From Amoebidium appalachense (Eukaryota; Protista; Ichthyosporea): a DNA stretch of 64,000 bases. Location of the stretch: positions 8,101,264-8,165,263 of the forward strand of contig CAVNZM010000006.1 of assembly GCA_963693365.1 (NCBI GenBank). The letters run 5' to 3'. The notes beneath the pieces were generated by a model that saw only the letters and a list, made by a program, of their open reading frames with translations, did not search any database and had not been told where the DNA came from. Position numbers and translations under genes: made by a program. This document shows positions 1 to 14,471 of this stretch, one piece after another (positions within the stretch are counted from its first letter, which is position 1; the number at the start of each line of letters is the position of its first letter).

Positions 1-87
1 AACACACACACCCTCCCCCCCTCTCCTCCCCCCCCCTCCACACACACGCACACGTACACACACACACACACACGTACACACGTACAG

Positions 88-1456
<1,369 letters not shown>

Positions 1457-2572
1457 CGTAAGGGTGCGGAGGGGGGGTTTTTGTGATTGGAAATAGGTGA
1501 TGAGTGAAGGGGAAGGGGCGGGGGTTTGTAAAAGGGAAGGCGGGGATTGTAGGGGGGAAGGGGTGGGGGGGGTGGGGGGTTCTTTGTGATGGGAAAGGCG
1601 AGTGAGATTTCCTCCCCTTCCCCTTCCCTTCCCCTCCTCCCCTTAAATTTTTTTTTCCCTTTTTTTTCCTGTTGCTTTGGTTCATTTGCGTTGAGATTGG
1701 TGCTTCTGCTCACCCGCAGCCGCCGCCACTTTTCCCTCTCCTCCTCTCCCTCTCTCTCTCCCTGTTCTTTCTTCCTTTTTTTTTTTTGTTTTCCCTAGGG
1801 GAGGGAGGTGAGGGGAGGGGGAGGGGGGGGGGGGGGTAAAATCCGATCAATGCGGGAATATGTTGAACTCTCACAACCAATCATCTTTGCCAATGCAAAT
1901 CTGTTGGTATTTTAACAGTGCCATGTGTGTGTGTTGAACACTGAGATTTCTGTGGAGTGGATGAGAGGTATATTAGGATGGTGGTGGTGTGGGGGGGGGG
2001 GGGGAGAGGGGAGGGGGGGGGGGCTCAACATTGTGTGATGTATGATCTTATATAAGTTATTTAAGATAAGTACATGACATAGTCATGATAGATATGTCCA
2101 GCCTTTACTATATTGACTATTACATGCTGATGTTACTGCTATATTAATAAATAAAGGCAAATCTTTCATTATGAAATAACCGACTACATGATCAAATACC
2201 ACCATATATGGTAGTAATTATCGTCCGGGATCTCAGGAATGGTGTATAGTCAATGACTTAGCAAGCAGAATCCCCAGCTGCCTTTTGAAGTGACGTCATT
2301 CATGGACTACGATCACGACTCATAGCGGTCGATCTTCTTCACGATAACAGGGATTGATAAGTTTGAAAAGAAGGGAGGCTGGGGGGTGGGGGGGGGGGGG
2401 GGGGGGGGGGTCACCCCCAGTAACCCGTCACTACGACCCGTCACACTATATGCCCGCGCCCCCCCCCACCCCACCCCCACCCCTTCCCCCCTCCTTTCAC
2501 CTGCTCGTCTTTGGCCAAAACGGGCTGGCTCGCCCCGCTCCCACTCGGCCATAACATTGCTGTTGAAAGAAA

Positions 2573-2798
2573 GAGAGCAGAGTCTAAACCCATGAATTCT
2601 TTTGTGGAAGCACAGGAACCCCCCAATGATGGGCTCTGTTCAGGCGTCTTCTACCCTCAGTATGTATACATTTTTATTTGTTCCAGTTTTGTTAATGGTT
2701 TGATTCCGGGTTTTTCATTTTTAAAAGTGACCTTTTGTATTTTGTCCTTAAGTTTGGTATGTTCTTCATATTTCCAACCCTCCAATGCATATGCATAT
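2573..2798 (+). mobile_element. Short C-run-anchored repeat, subfamily 2 (tail ...CATATTTCCAACCCTCCAATGCATA-Cn)
   Basis: Shares GAGTCxAAACCCATG...GTGGA...TGATGGGCTCTG and the 3' tail with 50259-50436; ends at a C-run. Confidence 0.7.
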
Positions 2799-3364
2799 TC
2801 CCCCCCCCTTCCCTCCCCCCACCTCCCCACCCCCGCCCCCAACCCACCGACCGAACAAATGTCTCCAGTACCGATATAGCGGAAAACCGGTTCGATGTGA
2901 CACGCGGCCTTGCCCCCCCCCCCCCCCCCCTCCCCCCGTGGCCCCCCCCGTGTCCCCCTCTTCGGCTTATCAAGTTGACATTCTTATGGTACGTGTCCTT
3001 CCGATCAGCGCTGCAAATATTGAATAAAGGGGGATGAGTTGGCATCAACCAGGAGAAAAAACTAAAGAAACCCTTGTCTGAATTGCATGGATGATAAAGC
3101 AATGAAGGGCAGTTGGACGTAACTGCACCTCTAAACCTCACACCGGGTGGCAATAGGTCCTCAGTTGGTTTATTCTCCCCATGCATGCCGTTAACTAACT
3201 AACCGGGTGGTCACTCCCATGTTTTCCTACAAATATTAAGTGTCTACTCCTAGAGAGAAAAAAAGTCTGTGGGATGTTATCAACCCTCCTCTAGGATGTT
3301 ATCATAACCCCCTCCCCCTCCCCCCCCCCCCCCCCCCCCCGCCCCCTAGCCCCGTCTCCCGCCA

Positions 3365-3461
<97 letters not shown>

Positions 3462-3806
3462 CAAAAAGTGAACCAACCCTCTGCCCTTTCCTTGCAACAC
3501 AAAAAAACACACTAACATGCGCATACCCACACTCGCACACGCACCCATACACACCCACACATCTCTGGGCAGAACGCCTGTTTCTCCCCGTAACTCTTTC
3601 TACAGTCATACCCCGTATGCCAGCCCCCCTCTCTCCCACCCACCCCCACCCCCACCCCCCCCCCCCCTCCCCCCCCTCCCCCCTCCTCTTCCAACCTTAC
3701 AACAAGTCTCATGCCTTATTTTCCTCTCAACACAGCAGACACAGACACATAAGCCTCCTTAAAGGTTACCGTTTTTTCTTCACACCCCCCCCCCCCCCCC
3801 CCCCCC

Positions 3807-3852
<46 letters not shown>

Positions 3853-4066
3853 AAGAAGAAGAAAAAAAAAAAACGCGTGGGTGATGGTGTTCTCTGTGTG
3901 CAGGGCATGTGTTGAAGTATGCGGTGTGTGGGACAAGTTGAACGCGTGTGCCACAGTGTGTGTACGACACTGTGGATGTGGGAAACTTTGTGTGCGTGGG
4001 TCTGACAGTCTGAGCGTTGTGTAGGACAAATAGTGTGTGCACGGTGCCACTTCCATGTGTGTGTAT

Positions 4067-4111
<45 letters not shown>

Positions 4112-5262
4112 AGTTCAGGGTGTGTGCGTACACGTTGCGTAGGACATTGAATGTGTCACGGTGTGTTTGTGTCTGTGTGGCGGTATGTGTGTTTGTATGT
4201 GTGTGTGTCACGGTGTGTGTGTGTGTGTGCGCGCGCGCACGTGTGTGTTTGTGTGTGTGTGTGTTTGTGTCTGTGTGACTGTATGCATATATGTGTGTGT
4301 GTGTGTCTGTGTGCGTGTGCGTGTGTGCGCGCGCTCACCTTAGGGTATATCCGCAGAACAGCATTGTTCTCAGTCTGGTGGTAACACGGAGATTTGCACC
4401 ACAATCAATAGAAGACAAGCACATAATACTTTGCAGGAAAACAAATATGCCACAATGTCCAGTGATCGCGAAGAAATGCCACACGGCTTATTCTTTCATT
4501 TTAAGTTTGGTTTTTGTCAAAGCCAACCACACAGTTGTTCCGACACCCTGCTATGGTAATGATGATTGCTACACGCTGGACTAAAGTGTACGAAATAGGT
4601 ACGTGATTTTTTAATGGTATATTTTAATGTCTGACCATATATGGTTATATTGTGAATTCAGGTTGGGATAATTTAGTTGTATTATAGGTTGTCCTTATAT
4701 GATCATTAGACCATTATCCTGGCCGGGCAGTTACGCAGTATCCAAGCAAGCGTTCGGTATTTAGCAATATGCAAGGGCCACCTAACTGTCAGGTTAAAAT
4801 GTAAATAATCCAAATAAAGCAATACACTCGGTGTTTTAGCGCGCCAACCAAAAACAACAGAGGTTGTCATATGCGCCCACTACTGCATTACAATAATCAC
4901 CTTGTTCTTATGAATTCTCAATAATAATTAGTTTTGCATCTATGCTGGTGGGCACCTATGCTGGTGTGCCCACCAGCCATACAAAAAGCTTCGTTTCGTA
5001 TGTGTAGTGGAATTTCTCTGGTTTCACGTAACTGTAACCCTGCATGAAACAATCAAAAGAAACCCTCCACTCTCCAGACAAATTGCAACCCAAGCCTGAA
5101 ACTTACACCCTTGCCCAAATCTCACACACCATCACGTATTTTCGCACAACAATCATCGCATTCTATTCACCCAAAACAACAATGCACTAAGAAAAATTCA
5201 AAACCCAAAAACCAAAACACAAAACCCAAAACCCACACCAAAAACAAAACAAAGCCATTTGC

Positions 5263-6637
5263 TCAATACAAGTCGCCATAATCGGGAGGGGCCTCCCCAG
5301 GGATCGACTCCTGCTTCATAAGACTGAACTTGTTCAGGTGGTTGTAACTTGGGGGCTGTTCAAACATAGGCGTAGCTGAAAAATGCGCAGAGTCAAACTG
5401 AATTTCCTCCGTTTCCTGCCCTGGAGCGGACTCCAACGGTTGCAAGCACCCATCTTCCGGCTGATCCGAAAGAGCGAATGGTAGCGTCACAGACAGATTC
5501 TTACCCCCCTTAATCTTTATCTTAACTTCGACGTAGTACGCGACACTGTGAACTAGAACCCCCTCTTGATCTTGGAAATGGAGCGTCGGCGCCAAAACTA
5601 CCAAATCGGGAACTGTTGGAATTTGGGCCGTCTTAGTAGCGGAGGAGGATTTACGCAAACCCGTACCGGAGAAAAGCGCAGACATGCGTCTCCCTGGGCT
5701 GGAATGCACAGTGGACGGTGATTGGTTCAAAGTCATGGCTGTGTCGCTTCCGGTACTGCTCACGCTGGTTGTAGAACGCTGCTCGCTAGAACACAGCGCT
5801 CCGCTCAAACCCCCCGCCACCCCGCCAGCACCGCCGCTCCCCGCCGAAAGATTTTGGTGGTGTTGTGTGGGTGTGTTTGTTCCTGATGTGTTTACGTTCA
5901 CACCCTGTTGTTGTTGTTGTTGTGAGGAGGAGGAAGAGCTGGTACCGGGGTTAGAAATACCGTTGAGAGAGAGGTCTAGCATTTCTCGCATCATCTGAGT
6001 GCTGAGTTTTCGTGTGCGGGGGGTGTTTGATGCGGATCCCGGGGCTGAGGGAGGCGTGGAGCCCTGGCCGGTGGGGGTGTTGGCGGAGTAGGGACGAGCG
6101 GTGGTGGATGAGGTGCGACGGCGATCCTGTTTTTTTTTTGGGGGGGGGGGGGGGGGGAGGGGGGGGGGGGGGGGACCGGGTTAGTGTGTATGTGGTTGGG
6201 CGGGGGGGAGAGGGGGGGGGGGGGAAGGGGCAGGGGGAGGGGGGGAGGGGGAGAGGGTGCACTCGGGTAATCTAAATGATAAGTGTGTATGTGTGTGTGT
6301 GTGCGTGTGTGGCAGGAGACGGGGTAGGGGGGTTAGAACATCACATATTCAGTATTGGGTACCTTAGATTCAGAACGGATAGTGTAGCTGCACTTCTAGT
6401 AAAGGCTTGAGTCAGCGTAATTTCCATATATGATGAAAAAAATCAACATGCACCGGGGGAGTACGCATAATAGGCATAGCCCATCCTCAGGGTGGTAACC
6501 AAGTCATCCACAGTACCCGGGTTTCGACCCATGCACCTCGTCGACAAAACCCAACTCAGATACTGCCTCACTTGAACATGTATAGTGTCACCCGTCTTGA
6601 TCAGAGACGAGCACAAGCAAGGTTACTTATGTGCCCC

Positions 6638-6670
<33 letters not shown>

Positions 6671-9542
6671 TGCGTCATAAAGGACGAAGTACACATAAAC
6701 AACGGACAACACGATGCAGAGTGCAAACAAAACATAAAGAACATGCACATTACGCAGGGCCCATCTACAGGAAGTGTGTGTGTGTGGAAAGGGGGGGTAG
6801 TTTTAAAATTGCACACTCACCGTGATCGGAGATCCCGCCAGGGTTTGAAATTGCACCACCTCATCACTGCTTGCACTTCCAACCATCTCCCCTGTGCGTG
6901 GGTTGATGTTTGGGAGGGTGGGTAGGTCTTGGCACGAGCGGGTGCGGGATGGCATCTTGGTGGCGGAGGGGAGAGGGCCGGTGCTGGTGGGTGTGGGGTT
7001 CATGGATGTGCGACGGGTATTACTGCTGACTGTGTACGTGTGTGTGTGTACGTGTGGGTGGAAGGGTGTGTGTGTACGTGTATGTTTGTGTGAGGGGGTG
7101 TGTGTGTGTGTGTGTGTGTACGTGTGTACGTGTGTGTGCGTGTACGCTTACGTGCATGCACAGATGTGTAGGTGTGTGCACGGATGAGTACCTGTGCACC
7201 CGTGTATGTACGGATGTGTTCGTGTGTGCATGTGGTTACTTGTACGAGTGTGTCTGTGTGTGTACGTGTTTACGTGTGCATACGAGTGTGTCTGTGTGTG
7301 TACGTGTTTACGTGTGCATGTGTATGTGTCACATATTTGTGGGCATGTGTGTAGACCGGTGGAAGAGGGTAACATGATTTGGCGAGTTAGAAAAGAACAT
7401 AACTAAATCATGGGGAGGGAATGGAGATGCGGTGGCGGGGAAAGGTTCAATTGGTGTAAGTACAATGCATAATTAGTTACAACCTCTCATGCATGTATAA
7501 ACCCCAAACCCCATTCACTAAAAACACACATACAGAGACCTTTCTCCCTTCCTGCTCTCCTGCCCATACACCTGCACCCCGCCCCCCCCCCCCCCCCCCC
7601 CCCTCCCCCCTCCCCGGGCCTGATCTCCCAAATACCAAACCCACACCTCAACATATTCCTCACTTCAAGGAAATCATACCCCCCCCCCCCCCCCCCCCCC
7701 CCCCAATCCATCCACCCACTTCTCCCTTGGCAAAATGCATGTTCCTCCCCACTCTTCCACGCTTTCCCATTCCGCATCTTACCCCCCTCCCCCCCCCCGT
7801 ACCATTCTACTCTCTCTCATCCCCCCTCCCTTCCCCCCCAACCGCTCCCCCTCCCCAATCCCCCTCCTGTTACACTCCATCCCATCACCACCTCCTCCCG
7901 CTTCCCTCCCCCTCCCCTCCCCATCCCTTCCCTCCCTCTCTCGCTCCCCCCTTCCCTCCCCCCTCCCCCTCCCCCACACCCACACCCACACATCTTCCTA
8001 CCTGCAGGTAGTGGTGTTGCTGAAGGAGTGAACGTATTCGACTCCCTCCTCCTCACAGACCCGCCCTTTCTCTGCGCAAACGGACTACCGTGCACACTCC
8101 CATTTCCACTCCACGCAGCACTCTTAGAACCACTGCGAAACACATCTCTTTCCTCAACTCTATCCCCCTTTCCACCCCTTTCCGCCCTTTCTTCTCCGCC
8201 CATTTCTCCCTCTTCCTCTTCTTCGTGGAAGCTTTCCATGCCCGTGCTTGCCGTGTCTGCATGTGTGTCTACGTGTGTGCCTACGTGTGTGCGTGTGTTT
8301 CCCTCCTCCTCCCCCTCTTCGTCTATTCCGCGTATGTCAAGCGCTTCAACACCTGATGTGCCTCGGAGGTTGAGCGGTGCTACAGTCTCGGCACCTGAAG
8401 GGGAGAGGAGGGGGGAGGGAATGGGAGAGAGAGTGAGAGTGAGAGAGGGAGAGAGAGAGGGGCCGGGGGGGGGGGGGGGGGGAGGGGGGGGGGGGGGGGG
8501 GGGAGAGGGGGAATTCGAAGGGGGGGAGGAAGGGGGGGGGGGGGGTTTGAATGCGTCAAAAAGTACGAAGTACACAAGAACAAACGGATAACACGATGCA
8601 GAATGCAAGCCATACATAAAGAGTATGCATAATAAGCAGAGCCCGGGGGGGGGGGGGGGGTTAGAAGGTGAAGGAAGGTGAAGAAGAGGCAACGTTTTAT
8701 CCAGGAGAAGAAAAATCAAGCACTTAAACTGCTAGAATCCAGATTCAACACCTGAATATCGGACATCTCGGATATCAAATGCAGTCCAGTTAAGTCGCAT
8801 ATGTAAAATCCAATAATTCGGTATAGAAGGAATAACTGCATGTTCGCATCCGACAACAAAACTTTTAAATGTAACCACACACCTTCCATCTTCGCCCTAT
8901 ATTGAATCATCCTATTAGCTACATGTACACAAGGCCAATATTTATATTGTTAAAATGTTTTGTGCGTGAGTCTTAAAATTTTATATTTAAACCACATACC
9001 TTCCAGTGCCGCCCTATACTGCATCATCCTATACGCTCCACAAGACAGAATTTTTATTGTTTGAACGTTTACAACTAAATTTTCAAACTTTAATATTCAC
9101 CACATACCTTCCAACTCCGCCCTGTACTGCATCAACCTATCAAACGCAGCCTGGTCATCGTCGCCCTTAGCAACCAGGTTTGGGGGGACCATGACCGGGC
9201 GGTAGTCCTTCTCGCCAATGAACCGGGGCATGAGGATGAACTTGTGCGTGTAGTTTTGGTCTTTCTTGATGGGGCACCCGTTCTTGGTCGTGGATTCGTC
9301 AACCTGTGTACGTGTACGTGTACGTGTACGTGTGTGTGTGTACGTGCGTGTGTGTAGTGGGTGCTTGTGTGAGGGGAGGTGGGGAGGGTGATGTATGCAT
9401 TAGAGGGATGGAACTATGGAGGAGGAGGAGAAGGGGTGGGGTAGGGTGGGTTAGGGTGGGGCGGCAGGGGGGGGGGGAGAAGGTTAGTACGGAAAAAGAG
9501 TGGTCAGGGAGAGTGTGTGTGTTAGTGTGTATGCGCGCGCGC

Positions 9543-9598
<56 letters not shown>

Positions 9599-10998
9599 AC
9601 GCGGTGAGGGGGGAGGGGGGAGAGGGGCGGGAGGGGGGAGGGGAGGGGGAGTTGAGAAAGAGTAAAGTAGAAGAATTAATGGTAGAAGGTCGGTAAAAGA
9701 AAGGAATGAGAATGGCGAGGGTCAATATCGGGGGGAAGTTGGTCAAAACAGACACACGCACGCACATGCACACGCGCGCACATACAACACACAAAAGAGA
9801 ACCTAACCACGAAAATACATTCACAATGAATAAGCAACAAACAATTATCATTAGAGTAACAGAACAAATCAAAAATCAAAAAATCAGAAAACTACAAACG
9901 CTGCGTACGCGCTCCGTGGTGTGTAAAATGGGCGTGTCCGGAATCGACCTCTGGTAGATGCCCACATACATCAAAGTAAAAAAGGAACCGCAAAAAAACC
10001 ATTCATGATAAACAAGAACAAACAATGACAACTTTTTAAAAAAAAGCAAATTAAATGTAGATAAAATCTGAAAAATCTTAAACCAGCCCTTGCGTACACG
10101 CTCCGTGGTGTATATCATAGGTGCCCCGAAGATACACCTCTGGTAGATGCACACAGACATAAAGACAAGAAAGCAACCGCACATTATATTATATAATTTT
10201 TTTTTTTTTTAAAAAAAACCCAGTAACCAACAATAATCATTGCAACAAGAAAACACATCACAATAGCATCTTGCGTTGCGCACGTGCTCCGGTTTTTGTA
10301 AAAAAAACCAATAAACAAACAAAAATCATTACAAAAAAATTAAAAAATTAACCATGCCTTGCACACGCGCTCCGCGGTGTTTATCATCGGTGCACCGAGG
10401 ATATACCTCTGGTAGATGGACACAGGCATAAAAGAAGAAAGCAACCGCAAAAAAATATTTTTTTTAAACCAAAAAACAAGCAGCAGACAATAAAAAATCT
10501 TACCTTGCGGACGCGCTCCGTGGTGTACATCATGCGTGCGCCGAAGATACACACAGACATACAAAAAACAAGAAAGCAACAGCATAAAATCTTTCATAAT
10601 AATCAAGTTACAAACAATAATCATGATCATCAAAATAAAAAAGAAATAAACATTCAAAGCATACCTTGCGCACGCGCTCCGTGGTGTAAATCATAGGTGC
10701 GCCCAGTATCGACCTCTGGTAGATGGATGCAGACATGGACCTCACCTCCATACTCGTCTCATTCTTCACTGCCACCGTCACCTCCACGTGCTCCCCCCTC
10801 TCGTAGACGTTTCTGGAAAGGCTCCCCTGGAGAAGAAGCTTCTTTTCCTTTCCGCCAAAGTTGAGGATACCGGTCTGTTTTTTTTTTTGTTTTTTTTTTT
10901 TGGGCCGGGGGGGGGGGGGGGGGGAGGGGGATGGGGGGGGGGAGAGGGGGAGGAGGGGGGGGGGGGGGGGTGATCGTGGGTGAGGGGAGTGACGACGT

Positions 10999-11062
<64 letters not shown>

Positions 11063-12919
11063 CGTGTGTTTGTGTGTGCGAGTGTGTGAGTGTGTGTGCG
11101 ATGAATGAGTGTGTGTGTGCACGTGTTAGTGCGTGTGCCTGTATGGTCCCACTTGTGGCACTTATTTTCCACTGCACTTGTATATGTGCCCGGGAAGGTG
11201 GAGGGCCCGGGCAGGGGGCTCGGGGTGTATGTGATAGAGCGGGATATACGAAGGCAAACTATAAAAAAGCAAAATGTAACGAGGTCAAAATATAGGTGTG
11301 TGGTTATGTTAGGGAGGCAAGATCGCTTTGGCCTCGTGTTTGAAAAAGGGCTGTTTGGGTGGGTGTGTTCTTTTTAATCACTATGTGTGTGCCGGTATAA
11401 AAAGATACTCAGGCGGAGAACTTCGCTATGTGGTGTCCGTCTGTTTCGTGTGTGTGTACACATGCGATGAAAATCGAATTTTTTTTAAGGGTTGTTATAG
11501 AAAGAAAGGGAGACGAGTTGCTAGTATACTATTGTATTGCCCCCCCCCCCCCTCCCCCCTCCCCCCTCCCCCAATGCCCCTCCTTCCCCCCCACCCCCAA
11601 ATGCCCGTACCCCCCCCCCCCCCCCCCCCCCCCTCCCCCCACCCCCAGATCCCGTGTCCCCTTTCACCACCAGACCCAACCTCACCACCACCTTCTCCCC
11701 CACACCTTAACCCAACCATCAATGCCCCGCCCCTTTCCCCCTTTGCCTAATCAACACGAGATCCATACAATGCCATTTCCAGCTCCCCATCTTCTCACAT
11801 CCCAAAGATGCAAACCCCGCATCTTCACCTAAGATCACTTAGACCAACCTGTGCAGTCGAGATCTTTGCCCGTGGAATCAGCGCAGGCTCCGGCTTGAAA
11901 AGGGCGCCCTTTCTAAACTCCTTCTCACTCACACTGAAAGATGTGATCACCTCCTCACCATTTTGCACAATGGGCACGTATAGCTTGATTTTCACCGACC
12001 AGATGATCTTGCCACGGATGCACGACGCACCACTCAAGTTCGTGCATGTGGCTGGGAGGTTTTCTGGAAGCGTGAAACTGAACTCAAACTTGTGTTCCCC
12101 AGGTTCGAATTTGAAATCTCGCGCCAAACTTTTTGACTCGCGGTAGAGGCACTCGTTCCAATACACACCGTGGTTGTCTTCTCCAACCGTGCGGCATTGG
12201 ACACGTGCTCGCACATAAGATGCGGTGATGGGTTTCATGATACCGGCTGTGAAAAGCCCAGAAACTGCAATTACACGTTAAGATTGTTAGACAATCGTCC
12301 ATAGATTTTTTACCAGAAAGCTTGGAAATAGAAGCCTAGAAGAGTGCAAGCAAATATTGTTATCACCCTGAGGAACATGCTGAAACTTTACGGTAGATCT
12401 TCACGAACCAACGACAAGGACTTCTTATTGTTATGGGGGCTAGATGAGGCCAGCAAAGAACCATGCGTAGACTTTCCAAGCCCCTAGACTTAAATCCTTT
12501 AAAAAGTTACACGTGCCTAAAAACAGCATTCTGTATTTTGACTGCATACATTCTGCTCCTGTTTTTGTGGTGTCGAGTTGACCGATTAACAGAGCTATGT
12601 CTTCTTAATTAAGCCTAACAGGGATCATCTTCCAACATTGAAAGGAAGAGTAATCAAAAGTGCTCGGCAGTATTTGTTATCAAAGAATGCATCAAATATG
12701 CCTGCACAGATATCCGAGTCCTATGATTCCGCTTCTAACAAATTCGAACCCACACCGAGCTATAAAAATGGGCCTACCTGTTTCATTGTCGAAAAACGTT
12801 TTGTTTCGGAAGAACTCAACATTGAAGGTTCCCACATTCCCAAAGTGGTCGTTGAGTGATCCTTCAACCTCCTCTCCCTCAATAGGGGCCTCAGCTCCCG
12901 GGTGCCTGTCTTCCGCCAT
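5263..12919 (-). CDS. Arrestin-domain protein (~803 aa) with C-terminal PPxY motifs and a long low-complexity insert
   Basis: Exons 12919-12778, 12246-11849, 10874-10665, 9303-9108, 8394-8002, 7029-6821, 6126-5263 have GT-AG borders and consistent phases. Arrestin_N signature [19 protein letters not shown]...GKIIWSVKI; Arrestin_C signature [22 protein letters not shown]...VAYYVEVKI...LSVTLPF; tail PPSY and PPDY. Start codon and a possible extra small exon at 12250-12770 are uncertain. Confidence 0.88.
6333..6771 (-). mobile_element. Two tandem copies of the C-run-anchored repeat (6669-6771 and ~6333-6635) separated by a C-run; contains a hammerhead-like core
   Basis: Reverse complement of 6458-6635 aligns with 46155-46317 (CTGATCAAGACGGGTGAC...CATGTTCAAGTG...CAGTATCTGAGTTGGGTTT...GGTCGAAAC.CGGGTACTGTGGATGAC...CTGAGGATGGGCT); 6669-6771 aligns with 46290-46390. 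Confidence 0.8.
8546..8644 (-). mobile_element. Short C-run-anchored repeat, subfamily 1, young copy
   Basis: Reverse complement is nearly identical to 46294-46392 (GGGCTCTGCTTATTATGCATACTC...GCATTCAAA); flanked by G/C homopolymer on both sides. Confidence 0.85.
8875..9035 (-). repeat. Two degenerate copies of the arrestin exon end plus donor at 9108
   Basis: accacataccttccaactccgccctgtactgcatcaacctat (real, ~9099-9140) recurs at ~8991-9030 and ~8874-8914. Confidence 0.85.
9895..10562 (-). repeat. Four or five degenerate copies of the last ~70 nt of arrestin exon 10874-10665 plus donor
   Basis: Copies encoding variants of [24 protein letters not shown] at ~9900-9972, 10088-10160, 10357-10430, 10501-10560 and a fragment at 10270-10295. 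Confidence 0.9.
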
Positions 12920-13850
12920 TACCAATAACCTTTCGTATATATCCTCCTCTTGAAAAGCTTTAGGATGTTGGGCTCAGAACCATTTAAGAAACTGATTTTC
13001 CTGTGAGCTAGAACAGAGCCCCTTGTAAACGTGGATTTGAGTGATCTCTCCTTTTATTAGTAAGATTAACTATATAGGAGCTTTATTTAACAAGTTCTGA
13101 AAACAAGAATGAGCCTCGAATAGGCGTTATCGTTTTAATAAGATCTTCATGGATAGTTTGTCAGTTGTTTTGAGGCTGTTTGCATTTGGTTGGATCTGGC
13201 GCATGTATAAAAGTAAGATTCGTGACTGAACTGCTACAAAAATGAGAATGAAGCCGTAAAAGAATAAAAAATAAGGACCGTCACTTCTTTAAACACATAC
13301 AAAAATTGTAAATAGTGAAATGTTTTAATGTTATAACACTAATGATGGGCCAAAACGATGGGTCAAAGCCCAACAATGAAACACAAAAAAGGTGCGTGTG
13401 TTCTTCAAAGAGATCTGATAAGTAGTGCTAAGTGATGCGTAGTTGACCAATAGGAGTACAGAAGAGCCAAAGCACTTCGGTTATAGAATATAGTACTGTA
13501 CACACATAATTGGTCTGTTAAAGTATTTTACCTATATCTATAAATTTAAACTGCCTTAATGATTTCCAATACTGTTTTGTATCATGCAGTGCTGATTCTC
13601 CTACTTGGTCATTACGAAATCGGTCAAATCACTGTGCGCATCTCGTGATTTGCAATCCACCACCATCACGTTTGGGCTCTTCGGCACGGCTTTCGGAATT
13701 CAAAACACACACGCACCTTTCCGTGACATCAGTAATATCAGCTCAAGGAAAATGCGCGGATTGGTCGTACCACTACTCCCCCTCCTCCCCCTCCCCCTCC
13801 CCTCGGCGGACACACACACGCACGTGCACGCACGCATGCGCGCGCGTGCG

Positions 13851-13911
<61 letters not shown>

Positions 13912-13941
13912 TGTCACACACACACACACACACACACATTG

Positions 13942-13973
<32 letters not shown>

Positions 13974-13975
13974 TG

Positions 13976-14024
<49 letters not shown>

Positions 14025-14471
14025 CACACACACACACACACCAGACAAACACACACACACACCGTTTACACGCGTCCGGCAACCTACTGGTTCTTCGTGA
14101 TCCTGCCCTCCTAGCGCTCAATCCAAAATCTCAGCGCTAGCCACCACGTTCACATGCGCACATGTACAGTCCAACATGCTGGCACATGTGCACCCACAGC
14201 GCAAATATATAGCTACACCGTTGCATAAGTTAACAACTCACACAAGCACGACAGTGCCACACATACACACGTACACGTACCGTACACGCATATGCGTGTA
14301 CACCTGTGCACGGACATGTACACACACGCACACACACACACACAGGCATACGTATACGTATATACGTGCGCGCACACACATGTACACATATTCATTGCAT
14401 AATCCGAATTACGTACCGGCGTTTTCATTCATAATGAATTAATATATCATGACACAATCTTAAGATAGCTG

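Noticed and set aside
12600-12701. Extra arrestin exon after the cag at ~12702
   Set aside because: Runs into a stop after about 25 codons with no good donor; direct splicing 12778>12246 is already in frame.
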